From positions 32,001-96,000 of the IMG/VR virus record IMGVR_UViG_3300015615_000629: 64,000 nt of DNA. One strand, given 5' to 3'. This document shows, in pieces, positions 29,441 to 39,065 of this stretch. Position numbers and translations under genes: made by a program. Source of the stretch: a virus (taxonomy: Duplodnaviria; Heunggongvirae; Uroviricota; Caudoviricetes). Position 1 is the first letter of the stretch. Every line of letters starts with the position of its first letter. Below the pieces are notes generated by a model, which saw only the letters and a program-made list of their open reading frames with translations, made no database searches and was not told where the DNA came from.

Positions 29441-29758
29441 CTAACGGCCGAACTGTTGCAAATACAACTTGCGGGCTTCTGGAATACCGCAGTTGTTGTT
29501 GCGGGCCAAACGGCGAACCCGCTTCCAGTAAAGCACCGAAGCACGACCAACGGCTCTTTTGGCAGCAGGAGTCATTCGACGACGGCCGTCGTCGGTTTCG
29601 GTCGCTTGACCGTTGCTCGGTTCGCTTCCATTTTCGGAGAAAGTAACATCGAGATTCTTCATGCCGAGGCTATCGGCAATCGACCTCAACTCCGAAAAAC
29701 AGTTAAGCAACTTTCCGAGAGTGGCCGCTTCGCTCTTTGCTTTGGTCTTCATTTTCAC
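29441..29758 (-). CDS. basic hypothetical protein
   Basis: 105 aa; GAGG RBS. Confidence 0.65.
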   Translation of the reverse strand: MKMKTKAKSEAATLGKLLNCFSELRSIADSLGMKNLDVTFSENGSEPSNGQATETDDGRRRMTPAAKRAVGRASVLYWKRVRRLARNNNCGIPEARKLYLQQFGR

Positions 29759-29767
29759 CTCAAATCT

Positions 29768-30655
29768 TTAAGTAGACGATTCTTCGCCGAGGACTTTCTC
29801 GGCAACCTCAAGCAAAACACGTTGTTTGCCCGGCAAATCTTCGGTTGCCGCAAACAATTTCGACGTTAGAGCCTGTTCGGGCTCAATTACGCTCAAAATG
29901 GCTGCCAGTTGTTCAACCGAATGGGCGTAACTCTTGGCACGATCCAAAAATCCTTTTTGGACTTTGGTTTGTACCGAAGAAACCAAGCAAACCGCTTGCT
30001 CTTCCGGAGTCAGATTGTTAATCACAAACTCCATGATTTTCGTAGAAACCGCTTTTTCCTCTTCCGTGGAAGGGGTGAAAGTGTTTCCACGCCAAGAACC
30101 AACAGCCAATTCTGAGAAAGAACGAAGGCCGGAATTCGGCGTAAAATCAACTTCTTTCTCAACCAGACGCACGGCATCCGGCTTCTCAACACCAAGGTCA
30201 ACCAGAAGGTCAACCAAAGCATCGGCTGGCTCTTGGTCTTCGCCAACTTCGGGCATCTTTACCTTATACTTTTCCTTAACCGCGTAAATTGCCGAATTGT
30301 AAGGCTTGCCGCCAACTTCGGTCTTTACCGTTGGGTTTTCAAGAACACCAAACTGCCACAGCAATTCAGCGTAAAGAGCAAACAAAATGTCCTTAACAAG
30401 GGCATTGTCAGTCTCTTCTTTATCTTTGAAGAGCTTAAGCAATTCCTTTGCGGCTCGCCACTCATTAAAGACAGACGATTGCTCTTCGTCCAACTCCAAT
30501 TCTGGACGTTCTTTTTCCTTCTTTTTGGCTGGCTTTGTCGCAGCCTTACTCACCATCTTGAGGGCATCAAGAGGATTCTTGGGCTTAACGACAGCGATTG
30601 CTGGCTTTTCGGTTTCAGGGGCAGCAACAGGATTTCGAGTGGTGGCCTTAGCCAT
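29768..30655 (-). CDS. hypothetical protein
   Basis: 295 aa; AAGGA RBS; promoter upstream. Confidence 0.8.
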   Translation of the reverse strand: MAKATTRNPVAAPETEKPAIAVVKPKNPLDALKMVSKAATKPAKKKEKERPELELDEEQSSVFNEWRAAKELLKLFKDKEETDNALVKDILFALYAELLWQFGVLENPTVKTEVGGKPYNSAIYAVKEKYKVKMPEVGEDQEPADALVDLLVDLGVEKPDAVRLVEKEVDFTPNSGLRSFSELAVGSWRGNTFTPSTEEEKAVSTKIMEFVINNLTPEEQAVCLVSSVQTKVQKGFLDRAKSYAHSVEQLAAILSVIEPEQALTSKLFAATEDLPGKQRVLLEVAEKVLGEESST

Positions 30656-30721
30656 GATTTCAATTCCTTGACTTGGGTTGGGTTCCGTAACGCAGTTTAC
30701 GGTACAGGTTGGGCTCCCGTA

Positions 30722-30750
30722 ATCCTAGCACAAGAATAATCGATTGCCAA
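30722..30750 (-). promoter_or_regulatory. sigma70-type promoter
   Basis: TTGGCA-17-TAGGAT with TGTGC; a 10-mer motif copy lies just downstream. Confidence 0.65.
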
Positions 30751-30755
30751 GTAGC

Positions 30756-31712
30756 CTATTCGACTTCCAAATAATCTGCCAAACGGTTTGCCGTATCTCG
30801 AATCAAATCAACTTGGTCTAGTCCGGACACTAGACCATCTGGAAATATCTTAGTGCCGTTAAGAGCACCCAACATTGACCCAACTATGGAACCATTAGTA
30901 TCGGTATCGCCGCCAGCACTAATTACATCGTAGAGAGATTCGATTGAATGGGGATTGTTCAAAAAGAAATGGTAGGAAAAGGGTAGGCTATCATATACAT
31001 AACAACCCCCAGCCCCACATTTTTCAATTATTTCATTTGTTGTGAAGGGGCCTTTATCAAAATCAATTCTATCCATAATGTCATCGGTACTTTTATCTCC
31101 AAATAACTTTCCAGTTTCGATCCCAACCCTGACGAAGGCACAAAAAATAGGTTTATTTATCTTCTCAGAAATTAAGCAATAAACCAAGCCATTAGTGTGG
31201 GCAAGGGTGGCGGCGGTACAAACAGATGGCCGGTGCGTCATTAAAGATAAATTAGTGGTAAATTCAAGAAGTTCCACAATTTTTTTTGACTCATCATTCA
31301 CGGCAGCACAATAAACGGCAGCCGGCAAAATTTTCATTACCGTCCCGTTGCCGGCCTTTGTCGAGCCTTTACTTGATTCTTGATAAGAAACGCCATTAAT
31401 TAAATTTCTAATAGCGTTTTTAGTGCCGCTGCCCCAACCATCCGTGGTTTGTTGATAAGCGGCAACATGAGATTTAATTTGAGATTCAATATCTAACCCG
31501 CCAGACAAAATCCCTTCTGCTACGGCGAGCATTAATTGTGTGTCGTCTGTCCAACTACCTAGTTTTCTGTGTTTAAGTTTTTCACGTGTTGGAACAGTAT
31601 AATTAGTTACACGTTCATTAATTTCTTCCTTTTTAAGACCTTCATATGGCATGCCCAAGGCATCGCCAATTGCCAAGCCAAGAAAGGAACCAACTATTTT
31701 GTCACGTAGCAT
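30756..31712 (-). CDS. ADP-ribosylglycohydrolase (DraG/ARH family)
   Basis: GLAIGDALG, WTDDTQ, GNG.VM, GGDTDTNGSIVG. Confidence 0.92.
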   Translation of the reverse strand: MLRDKIVGSFLGLAIGDALGMPYEGLKKEEINERVTNYTVPTREKLKHRKLGSWTDDTQLMLAVAEGILSGGLDIESQIKSHVAAYQQTTDGWGSGTKNAIRNLINGVSYQESSKGSTKAGNGTVMKILPAAVYCAAVNDESKKIVELLEFTTNLSLMTHRPSVCTAATLAHTNGLVYCLISEKINKPIFCAFVRVGIETGKLFGDKSTDDIMDRIDFDKGPFTTNEIIEKCGAGGCYVYDSLPFSYHFFLNNPHSIESLYDVISAGGDTDTNGSIVGSMLGALNGTKIFPDGLVSGLDQVDLIRDTANRLADYLEVE

Positions 31713-31911
31713 TTTGAATTTCTGTAATTAGGGAATTAGTCCCAAAATATACAGTTGTTTGATCGTTTGTTACTGAGACAATCGAACCGAGACCATCTAG
31801 GTCTATTTGACTAAGAATGGCTAGAGCGGCCGATTTGTGTCCGTCGCTTTTAATGGATTTTGAATAAGATCCAGACTGAACCAAGTAACTATTTTTTCGC
31901 CATAAGTGCAT
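31702..31911 (-). CDS. hypothetical protein
   Basis: 69-aa ORF overlapping the next start. Confidence 0.45.
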   Translation of the reverse strand: MHLWRKNSYLVQSGSYSKSIKSDGHKSAALAILSQIDLDGLGSIVSVTNDQTTVYFGTNSLITEIQNAT

Positions 31912-31966
31912 AAACTTCTCCAGGTTAGGGAGAAGTTTATCACAATATTAGGATTGTTACAAGACG

Positions 31967-32011
31967 AAAAACCTGCGGGGGTTGTGAGTTTCCCCACAAC
32001 CCCCATGCAGG
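31967..32011 (-). terminator. intrinsic terminator
   Basis: GC-rich stem (CCTGC..GGGGGTTGTG/CACAACCCCC..GCAGG) plus U-tract. Confidence 0.65.
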
Positions 32012-32025
32012 CAACCCGTCAAGTC

Positions 32026-33696
32026 TCAAGAAACTTTTTCCAAATCGTCGGCAGAAACACCAACCTCATCGAGGAAATCCTCGAAATCGAATCGGTGATT
32101 CAAAGCCTTGTGACGATTGTAGACATTTTCGACGGCCGCCGAAAAATCTTCGGTGCGAACGCCTTGCTTTTTGCGAGTTTTCAGGTCACGACGCATCGCA
32201 ATCGACTTTGCTTCGTGAACAATTCCAGCCAACAAAGAACCAGAAATTGTATCGGAAAGATTAAAGTAAACCTTTTTATCGGCCTGGGCCTTGCTGGCGT
32301 TTTTGTGCCTGTAAGTCGCAAGAGTCAATTTTTCATTTCGCAATTCTCCGAGAATCGCGGTAATGGCATCATTTACGTTAACGCCACTTAGCGGGACATT
32401 ACGCAAATGAATTGCAAGAACCGACTCAGCAGCCTCGTCATCGGGGCGGGGCACTTTGATGTGACGGTCGATACGACCTTCACGAACCATTGCACCGTCA
32501 AGGACTTTGCTCCGATTGGTCGCAAAGATGAAAATGCCGTTATGGGCATCCAAACCATCCATTTCGGCGAGCCACATGGCAACCAAAGACGAATGGATAT
32601 GGTGATTCACCATATCGGTATTTCTTTCAAACAAAACGGCATCGGCTTCGTCCACAAACGTAACAGCCGGAAAACCGTGTTGTTCAAAATGTTTGCGTGC
32701 GGCGGTGAAAATCGAACGAATGTTGCTCTCAGATTCACCAACCCATTTGGACAAAATTTCTGGACCCTTAACGTAATTGAATCCAGAATCGACCATTTCC
32801 TTGCCGTGCAATTTGGCAATGCTTGTCGCAGCCGCCTTGCCAAGCATGGTCTTTCCGCAGCCTGGAGGGCCGTACAACAGAACGCCCTTGGGAGGCTTCT
32901 GGTTGTAGAATTCAAAAATGTCAGGGCACTTAATCGGCAATTCAATTGCTTCGATTAATTGCTGTTTGGCTTCCGGAATTCCGCCAATGTCATCCCAATT
33001 GACGACAACAGAAGTCTTCGGCTTGTAAGGAGAAACATCCGCAGCCGGAAACTTTTTGATAACGTATTGGCCGGTTTCATCCAAAATTACAGTGTCGCCG
33101 GAATCAACCTTTAACACTAAACTTTTGATGATTTTCTTCATCCCATCGGTTTCGACCTCTAGGTCGCCGCTCGGAAGCACACGGCTAATTACTGCCATTT
33201 TTCCAGCAGTTTCACCAGAAAGCACTTCCACAATTTGGCGACTGCAAGGGTGAACCTTTACGTAATCGCCACAGCGAATCTTTTCGCCACGCGGGCTGTA
33301 AGCGTCAGAAACCTTTCCGTCGTAACTGACGCGAACGTTGCTACCGTCATCTTTACCCAACAATTTAACTTGCTGAGTATCGGTGCCGATGCCGATTTTG
33401 TAGGTCTTATTCCCATCTTCGGTCTTAACATCAAGAGTGTTCTTCTTGGTGTTAATTGAACGAATTTGGAAAATTCGACCAAGATATTCGTCCTGTCGGT
33501 CAATAACTTCAACTTGATCGCCAACCTCAAATCGTGTAATGTCGATTGGGTGACTATCGCCGACCGCGTAACCAAAGCAGTTGGCCTTGGCATAAAACTC
33601 ATCAAGCATTTGATCCTTTTGAAGAATCAAATCCTTGGCGAGAAGCAACGGGTCTTCAACTTGTGGCATGGAGCCAGGGCGGGTAGCACAACTCAT
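32026..33696 (-). CDS. AAA+ ATPase, ARC/Mpa proteasomal-ATPase-like
   Basis: PPKGVLLYGPPGCGKT, VKGPEILSKWVGESE, FVDEAD, REGRID; beta-rich N-terminal region. Confidence 0.85.
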   Translation of the reverse strand: MSCATRPGSMPQVEDPLLLAKDLILQKDQMLDEFYAKANCFGYAVGDSHPIDITRFEVGDQVEVIDRQDEYLGRIFQIRSINTKKNTLDVKTEDGNKTYKIGIGTDTQQVKLLGKDDGSNVRVSYDGKVSDAYSPRGEKIRCGDYVKVHPCSRQIVEVLSGETAGKMAVISRVLPSGDLEVETDGMKKIIKSLVLKVDSGDTVILDETGQYVIKKFPAADVSPYKPKTSVVVNWDDIGGIPEAKQQLIEAIELPIKCPDIFEFYNQKPPKGVLLYGPPGCGKTMLGKAAATSIAKLHGKEMVDSGFNYVKGPEILSKWVGESESNIRSIFTAARKHFEQHGFPAVTFVDEADAVLFERNTDMVNHHIHSSLVAMWLAEMDGLDAHNGIFIFATNRSKVLDGAMVREGRIDRHIKVPRPDDEAAESVLAIHLRNVPLSGVNVNDAITAILGELRNEKLTLATYRHKNASKAQADKKVYFNLSDTISGSLLAGIVHEAKSIAMRRDLKTRKKQGVRTEDFSAAVENVYNRHKALNHRFDFEDFLDEVGVSADDLEKVS

Positions 33697-33735
33697 CTGT
33701 AAAAAATCCTTTTAACTTGACGGGGAATCCACAGA

Positions 33736-34449
33736 TTAATTATTGACCAAGTAGCAACGCGAGCCTTTTGCGAAAGCACGAACTTGAGTTCCAGGCGGCA
33801 ACTTACGTAGTGCCTTAACTGTAACCCTTAAATTCCGGTTCGGGTTGACTGTGTACTGAGTTAATATAGCCTGATTTGCGTCTTTGTCAACCATGCGAGA
33901 AATTACCAAACATGGTTGGCCATTATGTTGATCGGCCACGACAACAACCTCTTCGCCCGACGCAAAGTTTAACGCACGAGTCATGCCTCGCGGCACCGAA
34001 ACACTGCCACGAGCATCCGGACTCAACACCTTATCTCCTGGTGCGGTAACGACTTGTGGCATCGGGATAGATGCTGGAAGTGCCATTGTTGGGGCTGGCG
34101 TTTTATTGCCCCGATCCCTTGGTTGATAATTATCTGGGTCTCCATTAACTGGAAAATACACAAATGCCTTTTCTGGGGCACCGACATCCTTGAGTGTCTT
34201 TTCATACAAACCACTGGAAAGATAAACGGTAATTTCATCGTGAATAAATCTCTTCATTTCACGATGGCGTTCGGTGGGGATGCCAGCAGTTTTTGCACGT
34301 TCCTGAACTTCCACGGAAACGTCGAAAGCGGTAAACATTTCGTCACGGTTGACTTTTTCATCAACCACAGACTTAATTAAATCCAAAGTTGCTTGCGAAC
34401 ACATTTCAGTTTTCTCCAAATTCAGTTTTTGACGGGTTAGCGTGAACAA
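33736..34449 (-). CDS. hypothetical protein, possible AbrB-like C-terminal domain
   Basis: PDARGSVSVPR...SGEEV segment. Confidence 0.6.
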   Translation of the reverse strand: MFTLTRQKLNLEKTEMCSQATLDLIKSVVDEKVNRDEMFTAFDVSVEVQERAKTAGIPTERHREMKRFIHDEITVYLSSGLYEKTLKDVGAPEKAFVYFPVNGDPDNYQPRDRGNKTPAPTMALPASIPMPQVVTAPGDKVLSPDARGSVSVPRGMTRALNFASGEEVVVVADQHNGQPCLVISRMVDKDANQAILTQYTVNPNRNLRVTVKALRKLPPGTQVRAFAKGSRCYLVNN

Positions 34450-36029
34450 TCAAATTCAACTACGTAACGAAGGGCAAGTTGCCCTGTGTTGTAAACAATA
34501 TATTCGTTGTTTTGCAACCCACCTGTTTTCCCAATTTTACCCATCACTGAATGGTGCGGTTTGGGTGCTTCTGTATAGCCATGAGAACCCCTTGCAACGT
34601 GAATACTGCCTAAAACAGTATCACACACAAACATAAAGGCCCCGCGACCATAAATTGCACCACCGCCAGAAGCGTAATAAGAACCACTATGACTTGTATA
34701 ACCTACAGATTTACGCCAATCGTCAGCGTTATAAAGTCCGCCGCCGAACATAGCCCCGCTAATGGTAACTCCAACAAGTTGTTTGGGAAGTCTTAAACTT
34801 TCCTTTAAAATACCGCTCAAATTTACGGAGCGTGTCCCGTGAAACAATAAAGAAGTATTTGTTTGCAAATACCTCTTCGCTGCGTCCCGATCCAAATCGG
34901 CTCGCGCGGGTTGATGTAACGGACGCTCGCTAATTGTTGGCTTCGACGCCAAGACCCTATCTTGAGCAGCAGAAAGTTTATTTAAATCGCCTGGACGGTC
35001 AATCGTCCACAGATTCTTGATTTTCAGTTTTCCAATGCCGCCATGAACATTTCGTGATGCCCCTGGCATCCAACCATGAATAAATTCACCAATTGGCTCT
35101 TTAGGAGAAAGCCACTGCAATCGATATGGAAGATTGTAGAAAATATCAGATTTGTCATCTTCCACAATATCAGTGGCGTAAAGGGCAGATTCAAAGGCAT
35201 CCAAATCTTGCTGCCATTGAAAACAGTTGTTTTGTGACAGAATCCAAGTCTCTGGGCCGGCTCCCCTATCTTTTTTCTTGGGAATTCGCCCATACAACAT
35301 TGCTGTTAGATTTTTAAGTTGGACATCATTTACTTGATCGTCCAAATTATGTCCAACGGCTGCAATTCGTTTCAACGCCTCGTTTACAATATCTTTGCAT
35401 TCATCAATAGCAGCCTGTGTCGGGATGCTCTTGTCCGTCATTGCTCCACGAGTATAGGCCGCAACACCAACATTCAAATCCCGCATTAACTTAACCGTTT
35501 CGGGATGAATATCCACAGCGGGTTTTGGTGTTTTTGAAGTTTTTGCAGGAGCAGCAGTTGTTTTTGCTCCCTCGTTAAACTTAATTGTTTTTGCATCTGG
35601 CAAGCCAGTAGAACGAGTGGCTTGCGGACGTACTAAATAGCAGTCTTTTCCGGCTTTGGCCTGAAGAATTCGGCCAAGAGTCGGGTGAGTCACCCATTCG
35701 CCACGACCATCATTTTTAGAATGAAGTTGTTTGGCAAATTCGTTTTGGGCTTCACGCTCACTGCCACATTCAATAAATTGAAATTGTGGGCTTGTGGCAC
35801 CTGTACGGCCCCATTCAAAATAAACATACCACTTGCTATTGATTTTAGATTGGATAATGGCTGCGTGGTAGTATTTATTTGAATCAACATCGCCTTGGGC
35901 AAAACAGCCCATATCGCAGATTTTTACATTATCAAAATCGCCATCCTTGGTAGCGGGTGGCCCAAAACAAGAAAAGTCATTGGGACCGTGACCAGCAGGG
36001 TAAGCGGATTTGCCGAGTTTAGTAGCCAT
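34437..36029 (-). CDS. WGR-domain poly(ADP-ribose) polymerase-like protein
   Basis: SNKYY...EWGRTG WGR domain; LFHGT, GAMFGGGLY, KS.GY, NNEYIVY catalytic H-Y-E triad. Confidence 0.9.
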   Translation of the reverse strand: MATKLGKSAYPAGHGPNDFSCFGPPATKDGDFDNVKICDMGCFAQGDVDSNKYYHAAIIQSKINSKWYVYFEWGRTGATSPQFQFIECGSEREAQNEFAKQLHSKNDGRGEWVTHPTLGRILQAKAGKDCYLVRPQATRSTGLPDAKTIKFNEGAKTTAAPAKTSKTPKPAVDIHPETVKLMRDLNVGVAAYTRGAMTDKSIPTQAAIDECKDIVNEALKRIAAVGHNLDDQVNDVQLKNLTAMLYGRIPKKKDRGAGPETWILSQNNCFQWQQDLDAFESALYATDIVEDDKSDIFYNLPYRLQWLSPKEPIGEFIHGWMPGASRNVHGGIGKLKIKNLWTIDRPGDLNKLSAAQDRVLASKPTISERPLHQPARADLDRDAAKRYLQTNTSLLFHGTRSVNLSGILKESLRLPKQLVGVTISGAMFGGGLYNADDWRKSVGYTSHSGSYYASGGGAIYGRGAFMFVCDTVLGSIHVARGSHGYTEAPKPHHSVMGKIGKTGGLQNNEYIVYNTGQLALRYVVEFDCSR

Positions 36030-36046
36030 GTTTATTCCGGTACAGG

Positions 36047-36337
36047 TTAACGAAGTTCGTTATCTTTGTTGTTAAAGAGAAGAACCGGCCCAAGTAAAAC
36101 AGGATCAAATACAGTCGCGTAAGGAAAGGTCTTAATCCATAAATCCGTAGCGTTTTGATTTACCGGTAAGTTCTTAGACTTTCCATCCTCGTCACATAAA
36201 ATGAATTGTTCAGCACTTAAATTAACCTTCTCTACATAGCCTCCAACAAGGCCCTGCAATTCCTCAAGGGTGAAGCCTTCGCCATTAAGCGGCTTTACCG
36301 TCTCAATCTCGCCGTTAGCTTTGTAAAGTGTGGCCAT
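36047..36337 (-). CDS. DUF3846-like protein
   Basis: TLEELQGLVGGYVE...DEDGK..NLPVN..AT. Confidence 0.65.
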   Translation of the reverse strand: MATLYKANGEIETVKPLNGEGFTLEELQGLVGGYVEKVNLSAEQFILCDEDGKSKNLPVNQNATDLWIKTFPYATVFDPVLLGPVLLFNNKDNELR

Positions 36338-36342
36338 GCGAA

Positions 36343-36978
36343 TTACGGTACAGGTTGAAGAAGGTTGCGAATTATTGGTTCACGTAACCAATGTTGGGAA
36401 GTTTGCACATGCCCTTTTCTTACATACTTCGCCACGTTTTGAGCGTAATCACAATAATTGAAAGAGTTTACGTTTCTAACCACGTACCCCTCTTGAAGCC
36501 CAAAATCTGATTTTCCAGTCCAACAAGCCTTTACCTTGTTTTCGTCCCAAGGGCCTCGGTAAATCTCCGGTACAGATAGAAGTCCGAGAAGATTTGTCCA
36601 TTCAAGTGTTTCGTCCCAAGATAAACACTCGTTCTTATCATTGAATATTGAAAACACGTAAAAATAACTGTTTAAATTCTGGTAGTGAATAGAATGTTTG
36701 GCAAAGACATTTTCCCCGCAAACACGCCAGCCCTCGGGGATTTCGTTTTTAATTCTTTCGTATAACTCTCGAACATAAGCCCTAGAAGGGTGATAAAGAC
36801 TGTCGATTGAGCGAGCATGATGGCGGTCTTGATAGATGCTAGTATTTTCACCATCTAGTTTTTGAGAAACCACAATTTCTAATTTAGCAAAATGCTCTGT
36901 GGATTTCAACAATCTATCGTCACTAGTCGTTCCTGGCGACCAGGGCAAATGGGGGGTTCTAGGGAATTTAAAGTGCAT
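36343..36978 (-). CDS. ATP-dependent RNA ligase family protein
   Basis: KFPRTPHLPWSPG, QKLDGEN, GEN, EGYVVR, AKYVR. Confidence 0.85.
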   Translation of the reverse strand: MHFKFPRTPHLPWSPGTTSDDRLLKSTEHFAKLEIVVSQKLDGENTSIYQDRHHARSIDSLYHPSRAYVRELYERIKNEIPEGWRVCGENVFAKHSIHYQNLNSYFYVFSIFNDKNECLSWDETLEWTNLLGLLSVPEIYRGPWDENKVKACWTGKSDFGLQEGYVVRNVNSFNYCDYAQNVAKYVRKGHVQTSQHWLREPIIRNLLQPVP

Positions 36979-37073
36979 TTTGGTAAGTCCAATAAAAAAC
37001 CGGGCCAAGGAGGGGCAGAACCTTGGACCCGGTCGGCTTGGAAGCAAGATTACTCTTGCTCTTTGCTTACTCT

Positions 37074-37102
37074 AATTTAGCACAATGGCCGAGATTTGTC
37101 AA
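37074..37102 (-). promoter_or_regulatory. sigma70-type promoter
   Basis: TTGACA-17-TAAATT with TGTGC. Confidence 0.7.
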
Positions 37103-37482
37103 GTTATATCCCCAGCAAAAGCGCACGCCCAAGCCCAACCACGTTCGGTAGGCTCAAAACGAGCAATCGGAGATATAAACTTTTCGTTTTCTGAAAAATG
37201 TGGGTCTATCGAATTTTGCTCAATTAATTGCTGATAAGTAACGCCTTTAAACACTAATATCTTTTTTCCCTCATAGTTGGTGCAACCCTCATAAGCAATT
37301 TCAACCACCAAAAACTCGCCTATTAAGTTTTCTCTTAAAATCTTATATTTTGAAGGATTTGGGTTTGGTGGAACAATAACAGTTGCCGGAACAACGGTTT
37401 TTATTTCACCTGTTGAAGTTGATGGTGCTATTCCTGGTTGTTGGTAATCGTAGGTCGATCTACTAAAGGGGCTTAATCCCAT
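37099..37482 (-). CDS. hypothetical phage protein
   Basis: PNPNP...Y.GCTNYEG.KILVF...IDPHF...SPIARFEPT..GW. Confidence 0.7.
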   Translation of the reverse strand: MGLSPFSRSTYDYQQPGIAPSTSTGEIKTVVPATVIVPPNPNPSKYKILRENLIGEFLVVEIAYEGCTNYEGKKILVFKGVTYQQLIEQNSIDPHFSENEKFISPIARFEPTERGWAWACAFAGDIT

Positions 37483-37484
37483 AT

Positions 37485-37997
37485 TTAATTCATTTCTCCC
37501 CGTGCGTGCTCAAAAATGTTGGCGAATCGGCCCTCTACCTGCCCCTCTCTAGAAAACTCTACAAATGGCAAAAGTTTAGGTTTGCCCGCCGAACGGTCGA
37601 TCTCGGCAGAATGCATAAAATTTCCTAAAGTCTTATGTGAAAGCATTAAATTAACGATTTCTTTCCTCCCTGGTACAAATTCTAGACTCCCTTTGTATTG
37701 ATTGTTAAATATTTTTCTGCGTTCACCGATGTCAATGTCCTCTTCTGTTTCTGTCTTTTGTTCTACCATCCAACTTTCACATATGAAACCAATAGCAACA
37801 AGAGATTTATCGCGTCTTGCAATAAACCTCATAAATTCTACAAGGAGGTCTTTCGTTGCATGGTTTCGAGTAAACTGACCTGGAATAAGGCAAAAATTTA
37901 TCTTTTTGCCGTCAAAAGTCACAATCAATGGAGGAAGTTCCTCCCTGTCTTCAAAAATATTCTTGATAATACCAAGAATTTGTTGAACGAATTCCAT
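37485..37997 (-). CDS. hypothetical protein
   Basis: 170-aa ORF. Confidence 0.7.
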   Translation of the reverse strand: MEFVQQILGIIKNIFEDREELPPLIVTFDGKKINFCLIPGQFTRNHATKDLLVEFMRFIARRDKSLVAIGFICESWMVEQKTETEEDIDIGERRKIFNNQYKGSLEFVPGRKEIVNLMLSHKTLGNFMHSAEIDRSAGKPKLLPFVEFSREGQVEGRFANIFEHARGEMN

Positions 37998-38314
37998 TAC
38001 TTTCGTTTCCTTCTTAAAGTCAACAAAGAGGTATCCAACAGTTTCTTTTTCGAAGATTCCACTTTGGAATAATTGGATAAAGCCTGAAAAATCTGTTTAA
38101 TAGCACCCTCGCCAATCGATGGAATCTTAGCCAATTCATCCTGAGTATGATTTAGCAAGTCCTCAAGCGTGTTGATATTGTAAGATGCCAGGATATTCAC
38201 CGTTCTAACCGGCAATCCAGCAATCTCCAAATCCGATACAGTGTCTCCCCTATCAACCGCTACACATAAGATTTTCTTCGTTTCGTCAGATATCTTTGGA
38301 ACAATAAAGGACAT
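37997..38314 (-). CDS. RNA polymerase alpha C-terminal-domain-like protein
   Basis: LPVRTVNILASYNINTLEDLL...ELAKIPSIGEGAIKQI. Confidence 0.75.
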   Translation of the reverse strand: MSFIVPKISDETKKILCVAVDRGDTVSDLEIAGLPVRTVNILASYNINTLEDLLNHTQDELAKIPSIGEGAIKQIFQALSNYSKVESSKKKLLDTSLLTLRRKRK

Positions 38315-38324
38315 TTATAACCGC

Positions 38325-38876
38325 CTACTTGTTTGGAAACAATAACCTCTCGACCTCCATTATCGAATTCTCAATTAAAGCGACATCAACGCTTTTAATT
38401 TCAGATAACTCCTGTTTCCTTGCCCGAAACGCCTCAAATAAAGCATCGGCTTTTCGGTAGTATTTTACCGCATATGGGTCTTGGTCGTCGTAAAAGTCAC
38501 GAACATTGCAAATTCTATCGGCAACCTTAATTAACAATGCTCTCGACGACTTTGTTGCAAACGAAGCCAAATACTCTGCTTTTGCTTGAGATTTATAGGT
38601 GTCTGGGTCAGATGCGAATTCGAAAGTTAATTCTTTAACTAATCCAGAGACCTTGGGTCCGAAATTTTCTTCAACTATTTCGTGGGTGCAAGGCGTATCT
38701 TCTACAACATCGTGTAAAATGCCAGCTTCGATAACTTCTTGTTCATCTACACCCCAGACAGCAAGTTGTCTCACCACTATCATGGGGTGAATGTAGGCTG
38801 GCATTGTTATGCTGCCATATTTTCTAGTGCTATTATCAAGATGGCGACGTAGAAAATAGTAAGCGATGGTTTTCAT
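38325..38876 (-). CDS. Mesh1/SpoT-type HD (p)ppGpp hydrolase
   Basis: YIHP..V, AGILHDVVEDT, FG..V..LV.ELT, LIKVADRICN. Confidence 0.8.
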   Translation of the reverse strand: MKTIAYYFLRRHLDNSTRKYGSITMPAYIHPMIVVRQLAVWGVDEQEVIEAGILHDVVEDTPCTHEIVEENFGPKVSGLVKELTFEFASDPDTYKSQAKAEYLASFATKSSRALLIKVADRICNVRDFYDDQDPYAVKYYRKADALFEAFRARKQELSEIKSVDVALIENSIMEVERLLFPNK

Positions 38877-39034
38877 TAAAGTAAAACCTTGAGTACGACC
38901 ACCATTCCAGCACACAGCCCGCCAAAGAAAGCACCTAGAATCAACCCAACCACAAACGCCGTGCCTATGGCAGAAAACACACCGGACGTTCGGGGTTGAG
39001 GTTCTTTCCAGTATCCTTTTAGGCGATTCTGCAT
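38876..39034 (-). CDS. small membrane protein, probably leaderless
   Basis: Hydrophobic C-half; ATG 6 nt after TATGAT. Confidence 0.55.
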   Translation of the reverse strand: MQNRLKGYWKEPQPRTSGVFSAIGTAFVVGLILGAFFGGLCAGMVVVLKVLL

Positions 39035-39040
39035 ACTACT

Positions 39041-39052
39041 ATCATAGCACAA
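39041..39052 (-). promoter_or_regulatory. extended -10 promoter
   Basis: TTGTGCTATGAT. Confidence 0.6.
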
Positions 39053-39065
39053 TTTTAAAGAAATG

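Larger units (their letters stand above)
41..36356 (-). repeat. dispersed 10-mer AACCTGTACC (plus strand GGTACAGGTT), 12 exact copies
   Basis: Exact copies start at 41, 183, 2726, 7760, 11194, 15161, 17430, 18439, 18735, 30701, 36039, 36347; variants (ATCTGTACC) at 570, 1486, 36569, 42794; all in the same orientation. Confidence 0.9.

Noticed and set aside
41-36356. AACCTGTACC copies as integron attC sites or CRISPR repeats
   Set aside because: Only about 10 bp are conserved, there is no attC-length palindrome or matching core site, spacing is irregular, and no integrase or cas gene is visible.
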